Below are positions 37,705 through 51,796 of a DNA stretch of 64,000 nucleotides, piece after piece. Within the stretch, counting starts at the first letter, position 1; each line of letters opens with the position of its first letter. The notes beneath the pieces were generated by a model that saw nothing but the letters and a program-made list of their open reading frames with translations, searched no databases and had not been told where the DNA came from. Both the position numbers and the translations under genes were made by a program. The stretch lies in the NCBI GenBank assembly GCA_010093605.1, contig MU004184.1, positions 2,056,801 to 2,120,800 on the forward strand. Direction: 5' to 3'. This DNA comes from Lophium mytilinum (taxonomy: Eukaryota).

Positions 37705-39332
37705 GTTTGAAAGCAGTGTCCACCAGCGGCCTCTCGGGTAGGGAGGGGAACTGGGTAGCTCTAAAGGCGCATGGGCTGGTGCCTTGGGGGCCGCCTGGCG
37801 CTGGAACGTCAAAGGCTAGCCTGGAGTTGCACGTCTGAAGGGTGCAACTGAGAATACTGAGGTCGCACGGGAAAAAATGAGGGCGAGCACAAGAGTTGGG
37901 CGACTGAGACCGGACCGGTCCTTTGTGAGGGCGAGTGGAGAAGACTGAGGAATTAATGGCAAGAAGAAGGCTTCAGCCCAGATGAGGCGCCTGGGAAACG
38001 GGGCGTAGTCGAAGTCGGTGTTGCTCTACAGATCCGTCAGACCAGACGCCGCTAGGATGAGAGGGCGTCCGGTGAGAGAACCCTGCAAGAATGCCGCCAT
38101 TGGCAGCACGACGCGACGCATGCCAGAGGGCAGACTGGCGGCAGACGGCTGTGGGGCAACACTGCTCCGCGTCGTCCTCATTTCAAAATACTTCATCTTG
38201 ATGTTTTGGGGAGAGAGACTGGATTGCAACCGAGCTTCTTCGTCGACATGATATGCCATCTTAACCATGTTCGCCAGCAAGTCGGTGAGCTCAAATGCAG
38301 CGCCCGAACGAATGCCCCAGCCACACTCGTGCTGACCTCGGGATGCGGCATGCCTGACTCTGGCTCATGACGAATCACCCCACGCCGTAGTGGAGTGCAC
38401 CAGTGGAGCTGCTATGTCGAGTTACGTCGTGCAGGAGACCCCATATCGCGAGATGCTGCTGCGTTGCGGCTCTGCTGTTTCACCGGACCGTAGGGGGCAC
38501 CTGGGAATCAGTATACGCCATTACCCCGAGCCAAGAACGATGAGGGGCATGGACCGTCGGTTCTGCCTTACCAGCTGCATGAGCGAACCGGCGCGACGTT
38601 CTGCGATCTTGTTCTTACTGGTGCCGCGTGTGCCTGTGTGCCGCATACATGAATATGCAAGCCTCAAGACTTCCGGTCTGAGCCAAGCGCACCCACGCTC
38701 TTGGACGTGCAGCAAGAGTGAGGCGAGCATCTGAATATCGAGATAGAGAGCCTGGTGTTGAATGTCGTCGCCGGATTTAGCAAGCCTTCCAACCAATCAT
38801 GGAGGATTTATGCAACAACCGGTCAGCCTGGTGGTGGTGAGGCCCATAGTCGCGATTTTTAGTTATCTAACAGCGTGGGGAATCTGCATGAGCGGTTTGG
38901 ACAGTTTTCCACGTGAAAGAGAATGCAAATGGGTGGATATAGTTCTCTATACACAGCATTCGTGGTGTTGTAGTGTGCTAGGAGGAAAGGTGGTGCCTTG
39001 CTCTCGGAGTGGATTGAAGGATGAGCTCCGATACGATATGTGATTGGTTGAAGCACTCCGAGATAGCATTTACAACCTCAGTTCTACTCCGAAAACATGC
39101 CCTTCCGTATCTAGCTTTGTGTCTCAGCAAATCAAGACCTCCTAGATATATTAAATCAACAGTAGTTGAAGTAGATCGTAGAACACGTGACTATCTTACT
39201 AATCAAGTGGATCCTTTTCGGAGTAGATGTGTGACTGTTCTCCAATTTATCGCTCTGTGTCGCGACGCGTGTAATAATGAGTCGTGTCAGTCTCATCACT
39301 GCTGCGTCTACACAGACACCTGAGTATAGGCA

Positions 39333-41805
39333 ATGTTTCGACGAAATGGGAAACCCATGTAGGAAGCCATCCGCTCGTCATGCTCTGTACCTAGTAGCCT
39401 CAGGAACGCTAACCTTAGATATTCAGGTCCTGTGAGCCTTGTCGTCGCTCGAAGGTGCGATGCGACCATACCAGGCCGGTTTGCCTGAAATGTCAGGCTC
39501 GAAAGATTGAAGATCAAGTGTGCCTTGCAATATCATAGCCACGAGCAACAATGCTGATTGACGACCCAGTGTCATTTTCATCCCTCTCCAATGACAAAGG
39601 CCCAGTCCCAGAGTAGCCCTATTCGGCCTCGACCCCGTCATGTCATACCAAGGTACAGAGATTCTGTCACAAAGTCCACTCGTGCCGAAGGAGTTAATCA
39701 GGTGTCCAGAACCTTCGAACGCGGAGAGGCTGATTCAACCCCCTCAAATTTTCTCTCAAATCCAACGCCAGAAAGTACTCCTGGCACTCATATGCTTGCC
39801 CGAAGCCCCGAAGATTCCACAGGCACATTTTATTTAGGCTCCACAAGCTACGCCTCTGCGTTTCGGAGTCTCAATTCCCACCCCGAGGACCACGCTGTGA
39901 ATGATGAGGCTATTATCCCGATGTCTCCTGCCGGCGCTAACTTCACTGAACGCGTTGGAGTTGATTCACTCATAGCAGCAAAGCTGACATCCTCGGCGTT
40001 AACTGTATATGAGAGGGCCCTCAAAGACTATTTTGAATCTACTACTGCCACTGCCCTCATTGGACCTCTCATTTTAATGGCACTACCTCAGATTAGAGTT
40101 GACCTTGAAGGTTTATCAGTCCGCAGCAGATGGGACGGCATGTGCGCCGAGATCACAGAAAATACAGCTCGATCATTGAAGATTCCTCCAACTTGTACTC
40201 CAAATACGTTTCATACGCTATTCACAGGCGCGAATCTACGATGGGAAATCATTGGTTTGATTTTTTCCATAGCTGGCTTTCACGCTCAATTCGTACCTCC
40301 TGATGACCCACTTTTTGACCTTGTGGGCGGCCAAAAACTCAACAAGGAAGAATTCATTGCAGATATGATTCAAGGGAGTAACAGCTGCATCCATGTTTGT
40401 CAAGATTATGACTGTGTCAACGATCTCATGATATGGTTGATCTACACGAATGCACTATTGCAAAGCAATTATTACGGAGACAACTGTGAGTACCTAGAGC
40501 GCACCCTTGAGCAATTCTAATCAGAGTCTAGATCACGGTGTTTGGCGTCGCATGGGCGATGGCGTGATCTGTGCATATGCCGAAGGCTATCATTGTGAAG
40601 AACCGTTTGAGATACCATTCTTTTTGAGAGAAGCTAGGAGAAGGGTCTTTTCCGCGATGTACAGAAGTGACAAGACGATGGCGACCTTCTTTGGGCGACC
40701 TCCGCTCATAGCGGGACGGTACTGCAGTCGAAAGATGCCGTTTGATCTACACGAGACCACCCTTCTAACGGAGGATACGAATACCTTGAATGCGGCTCTT
40801 GCTCGGTTGGATAGCCAAGGGTGGAATACTGATGGCGTCATCTATACTGCGACGTGGTTGCGAGTACGATATTCGACAGCGCGGATCAGAGAGAGGGTTC
40901 TCGAGCTTTCCCTCGCTGGTGAAACGGACCCTGACTTGTCGGAAAAGCTGAGGTATGCCTTTCCATGCTATGAATCAATGAAGTAACCTTAATCTGTCAT
41001 CCAGCGACCTTTCGAATGAGAATCGTGTAGCCTGGGAGAATCTTCCTCAGCACATGCGGTACGACGTCTATAAAGATGCTTGCTGGGATACGCTCCCACC
41101 GTACACATGTCTAAGAATGCTGTACGTGTATCTGGACCATCTCAACAGTGAGTTTCAGATGCAGAGACTCCGTCGGCGGCATTTCCCGGATTCGACTCCA
41201 CACTTGCTTGAGATATCGATGCAATTGCTTACGTATGTCCTCGTGTTAAACAAGCAAAGAAACCGACCCTACCAGTTGGAAAGGCATTATGCTTCCATCG
41301 TGAGTTCCCATTGCGAGTACAAAGCCCATTGGTTTACAGAATCTATCAGATCCTCTTCTACGTTCTTCCTGGGGCTGGCGTGCTTGCCCTCGAGCTCAGA
41401 CGCTGCACCTTGGAGAATAAACCACTCCCAGGTTCCATCAAACGCGCCGATTTGATCCGGAACCTTTCGATCTTGATATCTCTCCTGGAAGGGGTGGTCT
41501 ATCCAGGCGACGGGAATCACAAACTCTGTGCTGAGCTGAACAAGATGCTGGCGCTGGTATTAGATGAAGTATTAAACTATCAACCAGCGTCAAGCGCAGG
41601 CTCTGGGGATGGAATGGATCAACAACTTGACCAAATCACGTTCTTTGACCTACCGATGATGGAAGGCATGGAACCTATTCCTACTGAGAGCGAAAACTTT
41701 CTCAATTGGCTGGATAATGCAAATTGGGACAACACTGTAAATGTCTCGAGAGTCATGACTTCTTTCATTAACAGGTTGCTAATAACCCTGCAGTACCTAA
41801 CATAA
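39333..41805 (+). CDS. Zn2Cys6 transcription factor with fungal-specific TF domain
   Basis: MFRRNGKPM|SCEPCRRSKVRCDHTRPVCLKCQARKIEDQ|CHFHP. Middle region contains RRRVFSAMYRSDKTMATFFGRPPLI. About seven introns. Confidence 0.9.
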
Positions 41806-43085
41806 CCTTTCAAGGCTTTAGAGCTCTTTGAATTGGCTCGGCCTCTCCACAAGCTCCCTCATAAATTGCATGATTTCCAAACGCCGACCGCCAGTTTGCT
41901 TCCACAATCTTTTCTACTAATAGGCGGTACTTGAATCTTCTAAATCCTTGGAACCTAATAATGAGGCGTGCGGCTGAATTTCTTTAATCCATGATCACGA
42001 ACATCCTGTATCTATTTAAATGATAGATAGAATGCTGCCGCGTCGCGGAAAGGTTGTTGTTCGATCGATGAATGTCGTTGGCTACTCATAGCGTATTTCC
42101 TCTCTGCATCAGCATGTCAGCAACGCCTTTTGGTGTTGATTGAGAACACTTCATAGCATACTTTCTTTCTTTTCTTTGAATATCTGTTTCACCCCCTCCT
42201 TCCACGAGTCTAATGAGCTTCGAGGCGTAGCCTTGCTGTCTGATCGATACTCAGGAGGAGCCTCAGACGTCGAGTAGCGAGGTAATGATTGGTCTTGGTG
42301 GGAATTTGACGAAGTGGTATGAGAAGACATGTTGAGATGATGCTCGGATCGGTTTTGGACTTCGAGGTAGTTGATAGATAGGATTGGTACATATATGCTA
42401 GGGATTTGCTCATATTTATATACATTTTTTCCATCTCTGTCGGAACAAATACACTCAACTCGTGTCTATATCGGAATAAACTTTGATAAATTTCTCGGAC
42501 TAGAGGGTTATTCTCGTGAGGTCCACCTACCTAACATCGGAGTGGGCAGGCTAGTCCGAATGCATCTATTCCGAATTATGCTTGATGACCTCACTGCTTA
42601 GCATTCCACATAAGAAGCTGGGATGTATTCTTATACCCAGTCAATCAACAAAGCCAACAAGCGCATTGCACTCATTGCAAGTCGGCACATCGGTTCCATG
42701 TCACCCGTTTCATAATACTCACGTGATGAGCGATCCGGCATTGTTTCCGGTGGCGCTGCGGGGATCGCGTAGGTAGATCTGACGCGAAAACAGGCGACAG
42801 TTGGCACAAACGTCATCTTTTCTGGTCACCATAGCGTTACGCAGGGCCAAGGTATTTGTGGGGAATGAACGTGCAGGGCTGTTGCTGCTTCAATCTTGTA
42901 CATACACTCTCAATCCTATCTCTACTTTTCGAAGCCCGGATCCACCTTCCATTATCCTACAGCGAGAGCTCTTGCGACTCCTGCTGGAGCTACTTTTGAC
43001 TACTGATATCTTCAGGGACTCACAGCTCTCACCCTTACATCCTCATATCACCTCATATTCCTAAGACTCGGTGGGACTGCCCACA

Positions 43086-46000
43086 ATGTCCGGCAACGAA
43101 GACACCGAGACGAGCCGGCGGGACTACCGACCCTCTTATACACCACACCACCAGATCCCGACGATTCAAAAATATCGCGAAGAGAAGGAACAGCGGAAAG
43201 AAGACTATGGCTCTCCGCAAGACGAGGCAGCCGCGCCGAGTAGGACACAACAGCTTGGAGATGCATGGAATAAATACCGTCATGGAGAAGAAGCCGACAA
43301 CACAGATGCGTCGAAGCAACCTTACCAGAGCGAGAACAAGAACAAGATGGGGCAGGAGCAGACTAAAGCAGAAGATCATGCAGACGGAGACTATACACAG
43401 GGTGCCGGCTCAGAGACCAAAACGGAGCAGGACAGTGAGGAGCATGCACAAGGGGACTACACACAGGGTGCCAGCTCAGGAAAAACGGAGCGGGATGGTG
43501 AGGATGTGAAGGACCCAAACGTTGCCGAGGACACATCCCAAACTACGTACGCTCAGATGAATCCGAAGCAGAAGCGGAAAGATATGAAAAAGCGCTCGGA
43601 TGACCGTATAGAACGCGAGGTCACAGACCCTGTCACGCATCTGCCGGTTACGATTCACGACTTTACGGGTAAGGACTTGAAGCAGACGCCGCAAAATGGA
43701 CCACCAGCCGGCGAGGAGCCGCGTTCAGCGACTGGTGGTGCAAATATAGGCAAAGATGATGGGCAATTGGCTAAAGAACAAGATGAGATACAGCAAAGCC
43801 ATGAAGAGATGGAGGCACTATTCCCACCGCCAGAGTTTGAAGCCGCAAGGGAGGAGATTGCGTATGTGTACAAGACTGCTGTGACGATCGGCGTAGGGCT
43901 TGTCTCAGCCGCTCTCACGTCTATCATTTTACTCTTCCAGCTCACGAAAAACTCCACAGGCGTGTCGAGAGTGCTCCTTTCAGCCATTGAAGGAGCCCTC
44001 GCTTTGGCTAGCTCTATAGCTGTCATCATGGGCATGCGGCAATGGACCGAGAATAGGATCAAGGGTGTCTGGGAAACGGAAGTTTGGAATGCGGAAAGGC
44101 AGCAGGGAAAGAAACAAGCCAATTCCAAGACGCCCGAATCGACGCAGTGGCTCAATTCACTCATGGCTTCTATTTGGCCACTCGTCAATCCAGATCTGTT
44201 CACGAGCGTAGCGGATACGTTGGAAGACGTCATGCAAGCTAGTTTACCACGCATGGTAAGAATGGTTAGTGTAGATGACATTGGCCAAGGGAGTGAAGCT
44301 CTACGTATTCTTGGTGTCCGATGGCTTCCAACTGGTGCAGCCGCGAGATCAGTAACTAAAGATGGCAAACTCGAAAAAGGCGAGGAAAAGGGTAAGAGTG
44401 ATCGCACTGTTCCAGGACAAGGGGAGCTTCAAGAGAAACCGGACGGCGATAATCCTAAGGGTCAAAATGACGATGGCGATGGCGAGAAAGAAAAGGAGCA
44501 AGGTCAGAGTGTTGCAGAGGGTATGGAAGCCGAAGAAGGCGATTTCGTCAACGTGGAAATTGCCTTCGCATATCGACCTCGGACCGGCAAGAAGGGCATG
44601 AGGGATAGGGCAAACAACGCTCATCTCTATCTTGCCTTCTATCTCCCGGGAAATATCAAGCTCCGTAAGTGTTTGCATCATCTTCACGTTCTTACTCTCG
44701 TATATCAGAAGCGCAAGCACACATTCGCTAACCTTTTCCAGCTGTCTGGGTCGAATTACATGGCATCGTTGGAACCCTTCGACTTCGACTTCAACTCACA
44801 CCTGACCCACCATTCTTCTCTTTATGCACGCTCACGTTTCTTGGACAGCCAAAAGTAGACCTATCGTGCATACCCTTGCTTAAGAAAGGACCAAACATCA
44901 TGGATTTGCCACTTATTTCGAACTTCGTGCAGAGTTCGGTGGACGCAGCTATGGCTGAATACGTGGCCCCGAAGAGCTTGACGCTCGACTTGAAAGATAT
45001 GCTCGTCGGCGACGACTTCAAGAAAGACACAACCGCTCGCGGCGTGATTGTCGTTACAATCAGGCGCGCTTTCGATTTCAAGGAAGGCGATCCTGGCATC
45101 GCTATGATCAAATCTGGTTCCTCGGACCCGTACGTCTCCGTGGGATGGGCCAAATTCGGAAAGCCCGTGTGGTCGACTCGAGTCATCTTAACTGAGATGC
45201 ACCCGCACTGGGAGGAGACTGCTTATATACTTGTCTCTCCCGAGGAACTGAATGTGGATGAGCGTCTTCGTGTGCAGTTATGGGATTCGGATCGTTCGAC
45301 GGCAGACGATGATCTCGGCCGTATCGAGCTTGATGTCAAAATGCTCATGCGCGACCCCCACTCGAATGGCAAGATGTGGGATCGGGAAGATGGCTTCAAG
45401 GCACTTAAAGCTGGAGAAGGTATGCCGGGTAAGCTGGACTGGAGCGTCGGCTACTTTTCCAAGCAGCGAATTACGGACAATCAGCTCGCGGAGCAGGATG
45501 AAGATCCCGATGTTAAAAATATCGACCAACTCAAGAAGAAAGTGTATGAAGAGAGTGGGCGAAAACTGCGCGAGGCCTCGAAGGATGAGTCTGCTGAAAT
45601 TGAGCAACAGAAGGCTCAAGATTTGAAGGTATTACCTAACTCGGGCTGTTCCGTTTTTGCTTTCAATTGCCAAGTGACTAACACACAATCAGGCACGTCA
45701 AGATGAACTCATCATCGCCTCGCCTCCTGCGCATGATTACCCTACTGGTATCCTGTCCATCCAAATCCACCAAATCACGGGTCTTGAACTCGAAGCCATC
45801 AACAAGAACAAAGCGAGCAAAAACGAGAGCGGAACGGATGAGGAGGAAGACGGAGATGACCTCCCCAGTGCTTATTGCACTATCATCCTCAACCACCAGA
45901 AGATTTTCCGCACCCGAACGAAGCCCAAGAACTCGAAGCCTTTCGTACGTCGATCCAACAATGTTCTCCTAGTCCCTTGTATCCAACAGAACACTAACAT

Positions 46001-47156
46001 GGTTATAGTTTAATGCTGGTTGCGAACGCGTGATCCGCGACGTTCGCACCTCCGAAGTCCACATCTCCGTCCGCGACTCCCGCGTCCACGAAGACGACCC
46101 CCTCCTCGGCATCATCTACCTCCCTCTAGCCAAACTCTTCGCAAAACGCTCCCAGATCAACGGCTTCTTTCCCCTAGCCGGCGGTATCGGCTACGGCCGT
46201 GCTCGCGTCTCCCTCGTCTTCCGCTCCATCCAACTCCAGGCACCGCGGCAAATGCTCGGCTGGGACTACGGCACCGTAGAGATCGGCTCTGAAGCCAAGT
46301 CGATTGGTCTACCGAAGGAACTCGAAGGACTACGATTGAAAGCTCGAATCGGGAGTGCCAAGGGAAAGATGCAGGCAAACGGCGGTACCTGGAAGACCAA
46401 GGGCGACAAATCGATCAAGCTCCCCGTGCGGAAGCGATACACCGCCTGTCTCATCGTTGAGTTCCGCACTGCGTCGTCGATACGCGACCACACACCCGCA
46501 TTTGCCGTACTCTGGCTCAAGGACATTCCCGACGACGAGGAGCAAACCATCAAGGTCCCCGTCTGGAAAGGCGACATGAAGCGCGCTGAGCACAACTGCC
46601 TCCCAGAGTCCGGCACCAAGGTCGGGGAAATCGAGCTAAAAGTTAGTTTCTGGAGCGGCCTAGGCGCGTTCCACAGCAAGCTTGCGTCGAAAGACACGAA
46701 TGTGGGCGATGTTATGGAGGTGCTGGACACCTGCCAGGACAACGACGACACGGACTTCACGGACGGTGCGCATCATGAGGTCGACACTGATGGTGCTAGT
46801 ACTAGTAGTAGTAGTGATTCGAGCTCGGATGACGAGGGCGAGGCGACGCCGACGACGCGGAGTGGAGCGAGTACGGATAGTTTGGAGAGTAATGGGAAGA
46901 GGGGCACGATTGATCAGATTAAGGATTATAGGGGGCATAGGAAGCAATTGCATCGGAAGAATCGGGGGATTATGCAGTGGAAGGTATGTTACGATCATCT
47001 CTTCGCTTTAGAGCGCGGATTTAACTGACTTTGCGTGCGCTTTAGGGACCGCGAACACTGCAATGGATGAAGCATAAAATTGACCACGCGGAGGAAAAGA
47101 TTACCAGCCAATTCAAGCACTCTGAGCGGGACACGGGGATCGAGACGGAAGTCTAA
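43086..47156 (+). CDS. Membrane-anchored SMP + C2-domain protein (Mug190/tricalbin-like)
   Basis: VTDPVTHLPV, two TM helices, ESTQWLNSL, C2 motifs SSDPYVSV / LWDSDRSTADDDLG / VRDSRVHEDDPLLG, and C-terminal QLHRKNRGIMQWK. Confidence 0.87.
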
Positions 47157-48831
47157 TGGTAGGCGGTTTTGGAAAGCTTGAAAATGAAGTGCGTTGGAGT
47201 TTGGGACGTCGTTCTTGCCTCCTTATAATTAACGAGTGTATGCATCAAGGGATAGGTATCAAATTGGCTTGGTAAAGCTGAGGTATTCTTGGGCATGGCT
47301 GGCGCTGGGACTTTTATTATTCTAATACCAGTTGATACTACGAAATAGCTGGCCATTCTGAGATTAATGTGACCCTTGACTGAAGCTAATCGCGATGAAG
47401 TCGCGTATTGAGTTCTGCATGTAGAAGAGATTAGCTCAGGGAGCACCACGACGAATTATTAGCAGCGTAAAGATGTGGACGGACAAGGCGAGTCCAAGGC
47501 GCGTGGTTTGTAGAGAATCATTGCCTTTTGAATCTAGTAAGCTGTAGTCGCATCGCTCAGGCTGCCCTGGAGGCGTGGCGAAAGACTTGCACTGAAAGCG
47601 TGGCGAAAGACTTACATGGGAGGTAGCGAACGACTCGGGTGGGGTCGCGGCTAAGGAGAAAAACCAGGATGACGCGATGGTGTGAATGGTTGCAGAAGGT
47701 TGCGGGATACCCAAGTGAGAAAAAATCAGGATGATGCGACGCTGTGAATGGTTGGCAGAAGGCCGTGGAATCCAAGCTTAGAATAGCCGTGTCGGACAGG
47801 GATCGCGCTTCTAGCCGATCTTTCGCTCTTCTGGAAGCCCTCCTTCATGCACTTAGCGACGCCTGGAGGTGCATGATTGGCCCAGCTGACTTATTGGATG
47901 AGGATTACTGGATGGACGGGGAGGAGACAAGAACAGGAGCAACAAGTGGAGTGTGATGGAGGGGAGCACTAGGCCAAATGTGTCGTCGGACTGCGTTAAA
48001 GCTCCGAATGATAGAGTGAGAGGCAGTAAGGCAAGGCAGGGTGAGGAAGCGCCTTCCGTAGATTAGAATATATATATAGGTAGAGTTTACTTTAAAAAGG
48101 TGTAGAAGGCCGCTTAAGTTAAGTACAAGACTATTAATTGATCAAGTCCATGACGGTGCTTAACGCAGATCTAGGATATCGACAACTGCCTGGACGGTCA
48201 GGTTCGCTGTATTACTGGCTGGCGACGCCGCAGCGTGCATTCAGTTTCCCTCGGCTACCATGCAGCGCGTGGTGCAAAGATGCATGCCGCGTGCAGGTGC
48301 ATGAAGCCAGGGACTAGCTTGTCGACGGTGAAGGGCAGCAATTATTCTCCATTGAAACGCATACTCGGATTGATATTGCTCATGTTCATACGATTGGAGA
48401 CGGCTGAACTGAATCAAACCTCTTCAACATGCCTATTGGATAGTCTGGTGGTTGGGCTCGAGGTTTTGCAGCGTTTCGCGGCAACTGTCACTTCGCGGGA
48501 CAACACAATCAGGTGTCAGCAAGACAGCCCTACAGCCCCAGCCTAGCATATTGGCTCGTAAATGCAGAGAAGCTTAAGCCACCCGAAAAAACAGTCTACC
48601 GGAACACGTCAACGGGCGCGAGGAGCAAGGTAGGCCTCCTGCCGCGCCCACTCATCTTCCCATAAAAGCCGGCGTCTACCCCAGTGCTCTAGCTTTCAGC
48701 TTACAAGTTTGAGCCCTCTTGTGATCGCTCAGCCTTGTTCTCAGCCACATCTTGCCGTCAAAGTTTTTTTGAAGTATGCTATACTGTTCAATATACTAGC
48801 CGACGCCAATATGACTCCATATAGTTCCACC

Positions 48832-49521
48832 ATGCAGGATGGAGTAAGCTCTACTGGTGAGAAAAGGTACGTACGGAAACATCTCGTAGAGACAATGTGT
48901 CAACATCCAACTACGATGGCTCATAGCCTGGCTCTCGAGGCCGCCGTTACTATTGAGGTCGTGATTGTGACTTCTAGTCACGTGACGTGCACCTTCCATT
49001 TGCAACTTCCGCAGGTTGTTACGAAACTTGAAGCTGAGATCAAGGGCGGTCTTACTGTGGTCGTCGATTATCGTCGATAGACTAATACAGCTTTTCTCTA
49101 TTCCTTCACTCTCATCAGCCTTCCCAGCTCTAGGGTGCACTTGAAAGGTCTAGGAGACTTACTGACATGTCCCAGCCTCGACCAGCCAAAACCCTCCTCC
49201 ACCTCCGCCGCCACTACTCATCATCCCACCGAACCTGCACAACAGACTTTAGCCAACGGGGCTGACGCTATAGCCGAAGACTTGGATGCATACATGGCCA
49301 AGGCCAACGAAGCCGCCCCGAAGATAGATCTTACCCAGCCGTCTGCCTGCCCTTGCCACCACCACGTCTTGAACTATCAAGTTGGCGAGAATGGAACCTT
49401 GCATGTTCCTACGAGAGCTGGCTCTATCTCTGGACAACAACCTACAGCATCGAAGAAGTGTACGTGCGATCAAGCACTGGAGGCGGCGTATCGGAACTCT
49501 TGCAGCAACGCTCAAGGGTAG
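48832..49521 (+). CDS. Small hypothetical protein, 2 exons
   Basis: ATG 48832 with intron 48867-49175 (GTACGT..CTGAC..CAG) joining in frame to the 49135-49521 ORF (CPCHHH..CTC). Confidence 0.45.
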
Positions 49522-50100
49522 CCCCAGCTTCGGTTCGTACACTAGGAGGATACTGCTTGGACGGAGTTTGTCTTGGATATGTGTATGACTGGCGCTGGGT
49601 TGGCAGGCGTTAACGATACCGTTGTCAAGCTGAAGGGAAAGCTTAGCGAAAGGAGTTGTGGTTTGAGGAAGGCGTTGGATTTCTTAGGCAAGGTCTGGAT
49701 GTTATGTAGTTGATCGTATAAGTTCTGTATATCCATACCTATTTTATCCATTCATTAGCATAAGTCTTGAAGCGAGAGCGACACCAAAGCACAAAAAGAA
49801 CTCACCAACCAACCAACCATCCCGATACAGCCTACGCGAAATATCATGCAAGTAACCGCAAAAACCTCCGCATTCCTCCTTTGTCCCACCCCACAGGCCC
49901 ACAAGCTCCCGGCTCCACATTCCACACACCACCTCCGCAAACGTCATCCCAAAACATCAAACACCTGATCCCACCCGCTTTGTCCACAGCACACCTATAT
50001 CTCCAACTCAGACATTACCCACTCTACCACGCAGCAACCTCGAAACCTACCCACAGACTAAACCCACGACCGCATCCCCGGATCCCAAGTCTCGCCAGCG

Positions 50101-51097
50101 ATGTACAAGCTCAAAGGCGGCACAGTGCCCCTCCCACGCTGGATCCTTGTCTTCCGCCTCCTCCAACTCATCTTCGCCGTCTTAATCATCGCGTTGACGA
50201 GCTACTCCATCTCGATCAACAAAGGCGGTCCCGTACGCGCATCCCTCTCCACCTCCATCCAGCTGCCCACTAACACCCCCACAGCTCCGCCCCGGCATTA
50301 TCGCCGTGCTCATAATCGCCATCTTAACCGTCTTCCCAATCCTAGCCTTCATCGCCCCCCTGCACATCGCGCAACGCCGCATCTACGACCCCCGCATCGC
50401 GCTGATCGGAGACGGCATCGCAACGTTGTGGTGGTTGGGCGCGTTTGCGGCGCTGGCGGTGTATCAGCGGATTTTCCATAGCTACGCGTACGATTACGAT
50501 AACAACTTTAAGCGGGACGAGAGGGCGCTGGAGGAGCGAGCTCTTTACTATGCCGGATGGAGGTGTGATGGGGGACGCTGTCGGCGGGCGTGGAGAACGG
50601 GGACGGCGGCGACGGTGTTTGCGGCGATTGAGTTGTGAGTTTTTCTTTTTGGCTAGGGCTGGTCGGGACTAATGCAGTGTTGTAGTCTGCTCTTCCTCTT
50701 GACGACTGTGCTCTTCCTCTACTACTACCACGCCCACATGGCCGGAGTTTCCGTATTGGGAGTATCCAGACACCACAAGGGCGGCCTTGAGGCTGGGGCA
50801 GTTGGAGCGGGGGTTGGTGCTGGAGCTGGTGCGCATCATGAGAGCCACGCTATGAACGAAATGCCTGCGAATACCGGCCCAACAGGCGTCGGTGCTGGCA
50901 ATAGTGTGGGTGGTCACCACAACGGCGGATCTATCGGTCACCACAATGGCCAATCCGTGGGCCAACATAACGGCCCAAGTGGTCCGGGGATGAATGGCGG
51001 TACTGGTGTCGTCGGGAATGCTGGAGACTATGGGGGACATAATGACATACCGCACCCGGATCGCCCGCCGCGTGAGGGCGCGTATGGCGGGATGTAG
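50101..51097 (+). CDS. MARVEL-like four-TM membrane protein with Gly/His/Asn-rich tail
   Basis: RLLQLIFAVLIIALTSY, DGIATLWWLGAFAALA and TAATVFAAIEF. Two introns (~50233-50284, ~50635-50685). Confidence 0.75.
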
Positions 51098-51628
51098 GAG
51101 TGAGTAGGAAAGAGTTTTCCAGGTTGAAGACTGCGAACTTTATGAGAAAGGGTTTTGAGAGGGTCATGATGAAGAAGTATTGCTCAAAGTAGCTTTTGAG
51201 GTTTTAGTCTATGATAATATCCCCTTCAAGAACAGTACGGGGTTTTGTTCAAGTCGATGACTAGAGGAAGAACGAAAAAGGATAATTGAGAGTATGAGAA
51301 TTGGAGAATTGCCATTTTGGGGCGACGACTAGGGGACACTCGAAACTGGCTATATTTATGTGATTGGAACGGCAGTTATCACGTGATATCCACGTGCATA
51401 TTGGAAATTGCCAGCCTTGGAGCAGCAATCAATACCCTGAAGCGCTAGAGAGGACGAGCCTGGACTTTTATGTCATGTAGGGATCCTTGAGCTTCAGTGC
51501 TTACCTTCAGGGCTGAGAGTTAATAGGCCATGCTAAACATATGTAGCTGATAAATTACGACTGAGTTTTTTTCGGCCTATTTGGATAGCCGCAAGTGCCG
51601 AAACAAGTCCTGAGAGCCGCTTGAAGAT

Positions 51629-51752
51629 GCCCAGCGCCAGGAATGCGACACTGGGCCTTCAAACGTACGATAGCTTGAAGAAATTTGATACCAAAGGTAG
51701 GTTTGGGCGACATTGCAGGCTCACCACATCGGAGCCACTAAACTACACCGGG
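51629..51752 (-). tRNA. Degenerate tRNA-like copy C with a 51-nt GT-AG intron
   Basis: Acceptor CCCGGTG/CGCTGGG, D-arm GTTTAGTGGC, intron GTGAGC..AAG 51724-51674, T-arm CCAGTG TCGCATT CCTGG. The anticodon stem does not pair well after splicing. Confidence 0.55.
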
Positions 51753-51796
51753 TTACAAAGCGCAGAGAACGGATCTCTGCAAAGAGCAAAAATCAA

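Noticed and set aside
43374..43479. Repeat at 66-bp spacing in the C2-protein gene (DHADGDYTQGAGS / EHAQGDYTQGASS)
   Set aside because: Ordinary in-frame duplication in a disordered N-terminus.
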